NCBI GenBank assembly: GCA_002437415.1
Contig: DJPL01000042.1
Location: 91,752-155,751, forward strand
Length of the DNA: 64,000 nucleotides
From: Ruminococcaceae bacterium UBA6413
GTDB taxonomy: Bacteria > Bacillota > Clostridia > Oscillospirales > Ruminococcaceae
Reading direction: 5' to 3'
The position numbers and the translations under genes are program-made. This document shows positions 61,552 through 64,000 of this stretch, one piece after another. Positions within the stretch are counted from its first letter, which is position 1. Each line of letters opens with the position of its first letter. Below the pieces are notes generated by a model that worked only from the letters and a program-made list of their open reading frames with translations, made no database searches and was not told the origin of the DNA.

Positions 61552-63345
61552 TCATTCCTTAATAATAGCACCGAACTTACACTTAGCCATACAAGCGCCG
61601 CACTTGATACATTTAGCGGTATCAATGCTGTGAGGCTGCTTGACTGTACCTGAGATAGCTCCGACAGGGCATCCTCTTGCACAGGCTGTACAGCCCTTAC
61701 ACTTGAGGTCGATGATCTTGTATGTGAGAAGATCCTGACATACGCCGGCAGGACACTTCTTATCCTGAACGTGTGCTATATACTCATTCTTGAAGTAACG
61801 CAGAGTAGATAAAACAGGGTTAGGCGCTGTCTGACCAAGACCGCACAGCGAGTTGTTCTTGATGTAGTAGCAAAGCTTCTCCATCTTATCAAGGTCTTCC
61901 ATAGTAGCGTTGCCTGAAGTGATCTTTTCGAGCATTTCATAAAGACGCTTTGTACCGATACGGCAGGGAGTACACTTACCGCAGGATTCGTCAACAGTGA
62001 ACTGTAAGAAGAACTTTGCGATATCAACCATACAGTTGTCTTCATCCATAACGATAAGTCCGCCCGAACCCATCATAGAGCCTATAGCTATAAGGTTGTC
62101 GTAGTCGATCGGAATATCGAGGTGTTCGGCAGGAATGCATCCGCCTGAAGGTCCGCCTGTCTGAGCCGCCTTGAATGCCTTGCCGTTCGGGATACCGCCG
62201 CCGATCTCATAAATAACCTCACGCAGTGTAGTACCCATAGGAACTTCAACAAGACCTGTGTTGTGGATCTTACCGCCGAGTGCGAATACCTTTGTACCCT
62301 TTGACTTCTCAGTACCCATAGATGCGAACCAGTCTGCACCGTTGAGGATTATCTGAGGAATATTGGCGTATGTTTCAACGTTATTAAGGATAGTAGGCTT
62401 TCTGAACAGACCGCTTTCGGCAGGGAAGGGAGGACGGGGTCTGGGCTCGCCTCTGTTACCTTCGATCGAGGTCATAAGCGCTGTTTCTTCGCCGCATACG
62501 AATGCGCCTGCACCAAGTCTTATATCAAGGTCAAAGTCAAATCCGCTGTCAAAGATATTTTTGCCGAGCAGACCGTATTCTCTTGCCTGGTTGATAGCGA
62601 TCTGTAAACGTTGAACGGCGATGGGGTATTCCGCTCTTATGTAGATATAGCCCTGTGTTGCGCCGATCGCATAGCCTGCTATAGCCATAGCTTCGATTAC
62701 AACATGGGGGTCGCCTTCGAGAACCGAACGGTCCATAAATGCACCGGGGTCGCCCTCGTCGGCATTACAACAGACGTATTTCTGATCTGCGTCCTTGACA
62801 AGGTTTCTTGCAAGCTGCCACTTTTTACCTGTGGGAAATCCGCCGCCGCCTCTTCCGCGCAGACCTGAGTCGAGAATTGTCTGTATTACTTCATCGGGTG
62901 TCATGGTTTTCAGCACCTTACCGAGAGCCTCATAACCGTTTCTTCCGATATATTCGTCAATGCATTCGGGGTTTATGACACCGCAGTTTCTCAGTGCGAT
63001 TCTGTGCTGCTTTCTGTAGAAGTTGGTTTCCTTGAGTGACTTTATTTCGTTTTCGCCGATTGTTTCATCATATACAAGACGTGTAACTACACGACCCTTG
63101 AGCAGATGTTCTGAAACGATTTCTGCGATGTCGTCTTCCTTTACCATTGAGTAGAATGTACCCTCAGGGTAAACTATCATGATAGGACCGAGTGCACACA
63201 GACCGAAACAGCCTGTACGAACTACCATTACTTCATCGGTAAGACCGTTCTTGTCGATTTCTTCCTGCAATCTTTTGGCGATTTTATCACTGCCTGAAGA
63301 AGTACATCCGGTACCACCGCATATCAATACTTGTGAACGATACAT
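61552..63345 (-). CDS. hydB: NuoF-like NAD/FMN-binding hydrogenase subunit
   Basis: GRGGGGFPTG, NADEGDPG, GAGAFVCGEETAL, ESCGKCTPCR, C-terminal 2x[4Fe-4S]. Confidence 0.93.
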   Translation of the reverse strand: MYRSQVLICGGTGCTSSGSDKIAKRLQEEIDKNGLTDEVMVVRTGCFGLCALGPIMIVYPEGTFYSMVKEDDIAEIVSEHLLKGRVVTRLVYDETIGENEIKSLKETNFYRKQHRIALRNCGVINPECIDEYIGRNGYEALGKVLKTMTPDEVIQTILDSGLRGRGGGGFPTGKKWQLARNLVKDADQKYVCCNADEGDPGAFMDRSVLEGDPHVVIEAMAIAGYAIGATQGYIYIRAEYPIAVQRLQIAINQAREYGLLGKNIFDSGFDFDLDIRLGAGAFVCGEETALMTSIEGNRGEPRPRPPFPAESGLFRKPTILNNVETYANIPQIILNGADWFASMGTEKSKGTKVFALGGKIHNTGLVEVPMGTTLREVIYEIGGGIPNGKAFKAAQTGGPSGGCIPAEHLDIPIDYDNLIAIGSMMGSGGLIVMDEDNCMVDIAKFFLQFTVDESCGKCTPCRIGTKRLYEMLEKITSGNATMEDLDKMEKLCYYIKNNSLCGLGQTAPNPVLSTLRYFKNEYIAHVQDKKCPAGVCQDLLTYKIIDLKCKGCTACARGCPVGAISGTVKQPHSIDTAKCIKCGACMAKCKFGAIIKE

Positions 63346-63366
63346 ATATTAGTTTCCTTTCAGATT

Positions 63367-63735
63367 TTACATAGCGGAGTTTATTGTGTACTTCGTTACA
63401 ACGTTGCCGCCGATAATGTGCTGCTCAATAACTTCAGCAGCTTTTTCTGCCGTCATCTTTACATAAGTGACCTTTTCCTTGCCCGGAGCGGTCACTTCAA
63501 CGATAGGTTCATACTGACAAAGACCGATACAGCCTTCCTGTGTCACCATAACGTCTGTAATTCCTTTTTCCTGTATTCCGTCGGAAAATGCTTTCAGAAC
63601 AGGTCTTGCACCTGCCGCAATTCCGCAGGTCGCCATACCGACAACAATCTTTGTGCAGCCTGTATCTTCATTTCTGAGATTGACAAGGTTCTGCATCTTG
63701 TCGCGGATAACAGCTAATTCTTCAAGAGATTTCAT
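63367..63735 (-). CDS. Thioredoxin-like [2Fe-2S] ferredoxin subunit (HydD-like)
   Basis: GMATCGIAAGA, GCIGLCQYEP. Confidence 0.88.
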   Translation of the reverse strand: MKSLEELAVIRDKMQNLVNLRNEDTGCTKIVVGMATCGIAAGARPVLKAFSDGIQEKGITDVMVTQEGCIGLCQYEPIVEVTAPGKEKVTYVKMTAEKAAEVIEQHIIGGNVVTKYTINSAM

Positions 63736-63761
63736 ATCTTAAAATTATCCTTTCGTGGTCG

Positions 63762-64000
63762 TTAATATCTTATGCCGCAATTTACCTCATTTGTATTATG
63801 GTTAAGGTAGTCGGTGATATATTGTGTTACCTCCGGTAAATTTACCGGTACATTGCCCAGCGTTTCTTTCAATTGCCTTGTGTCAAGTGCAAAAGCTCTT
63901 TCGTCGACCGAATAGCTGTAGATAAAATCAATATCACTGTTTGCGTTTATCAACAGCAGAAGTGTTGATGTCATATCGCCGAGCGGCATTCTGTCAATGC
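63762..64000 (-). CDS. 3' part of an HATPase_c-like protein of the hydrogenase cluster (partial)
   Basis: Frame open to the window edge; IDRMPLGD..T...DF.Y motif; position upstream of the hydD-like gene. Confidence 0.6.
   Translation of the reverse strand, partial: IDRMPLGDMTSTLLLLINANSDIDFIYSYSVDERAFALDTRQLKETLGNVPVNLPEVTQYITDYLNHNTNEVNCGIRY

Overview
Core-genome segment of an anaerobic, spore-forming Clostridia-class bacterium. Gene content and order suggest an Oscillospiraceae/Ruminococcaceae-like organism (inference). The main blocks are: dnaD/dnaC-like replication genes; rsmE-recG-DAK2-asp23; ispE, an aminotransferase/Lrp pair and a PHP phosphatase; an acn-icd-rex unit; a GHL10 lipoprotein plus amidase operon; purA-ymdB-spoVS; asp23-nusB-xseAB-ispA-dxs-tlyA-nadK-argR-recN; spoIIGA-sigE; a MarR plus heterodimeric ABC exporter; a tandem M14 peptidase pair; tRNA-Ser(GCT) and tRNA-Leu(TAA); spoVT, tadA, tex and queH; and the 3' part of a multimeric [FeFe]-hydrogenase cluster. 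I found no transposase, integrase, prophage or CRISPR array. The most notable signal is a stand-alone ~385-nt transcription unit (49541-49925) with a perfect sigma-A promoter, a strong terminator, many predicted helices and no convincing ORF; it is a candidate novel structured ncRNA. Other leads are an M14 enzyme/pseudo-enzyme pair, a DigH-like hydrolase plus amidase module, an unannotated 35-aa hydrophobic peptide behind an XRE regulator, a terminator directly after the promoter of a Zn-ribbon/XRE gene, and a structured asp23-nusB leader. All calls are from visual motif recognition; no searches or folding were run.
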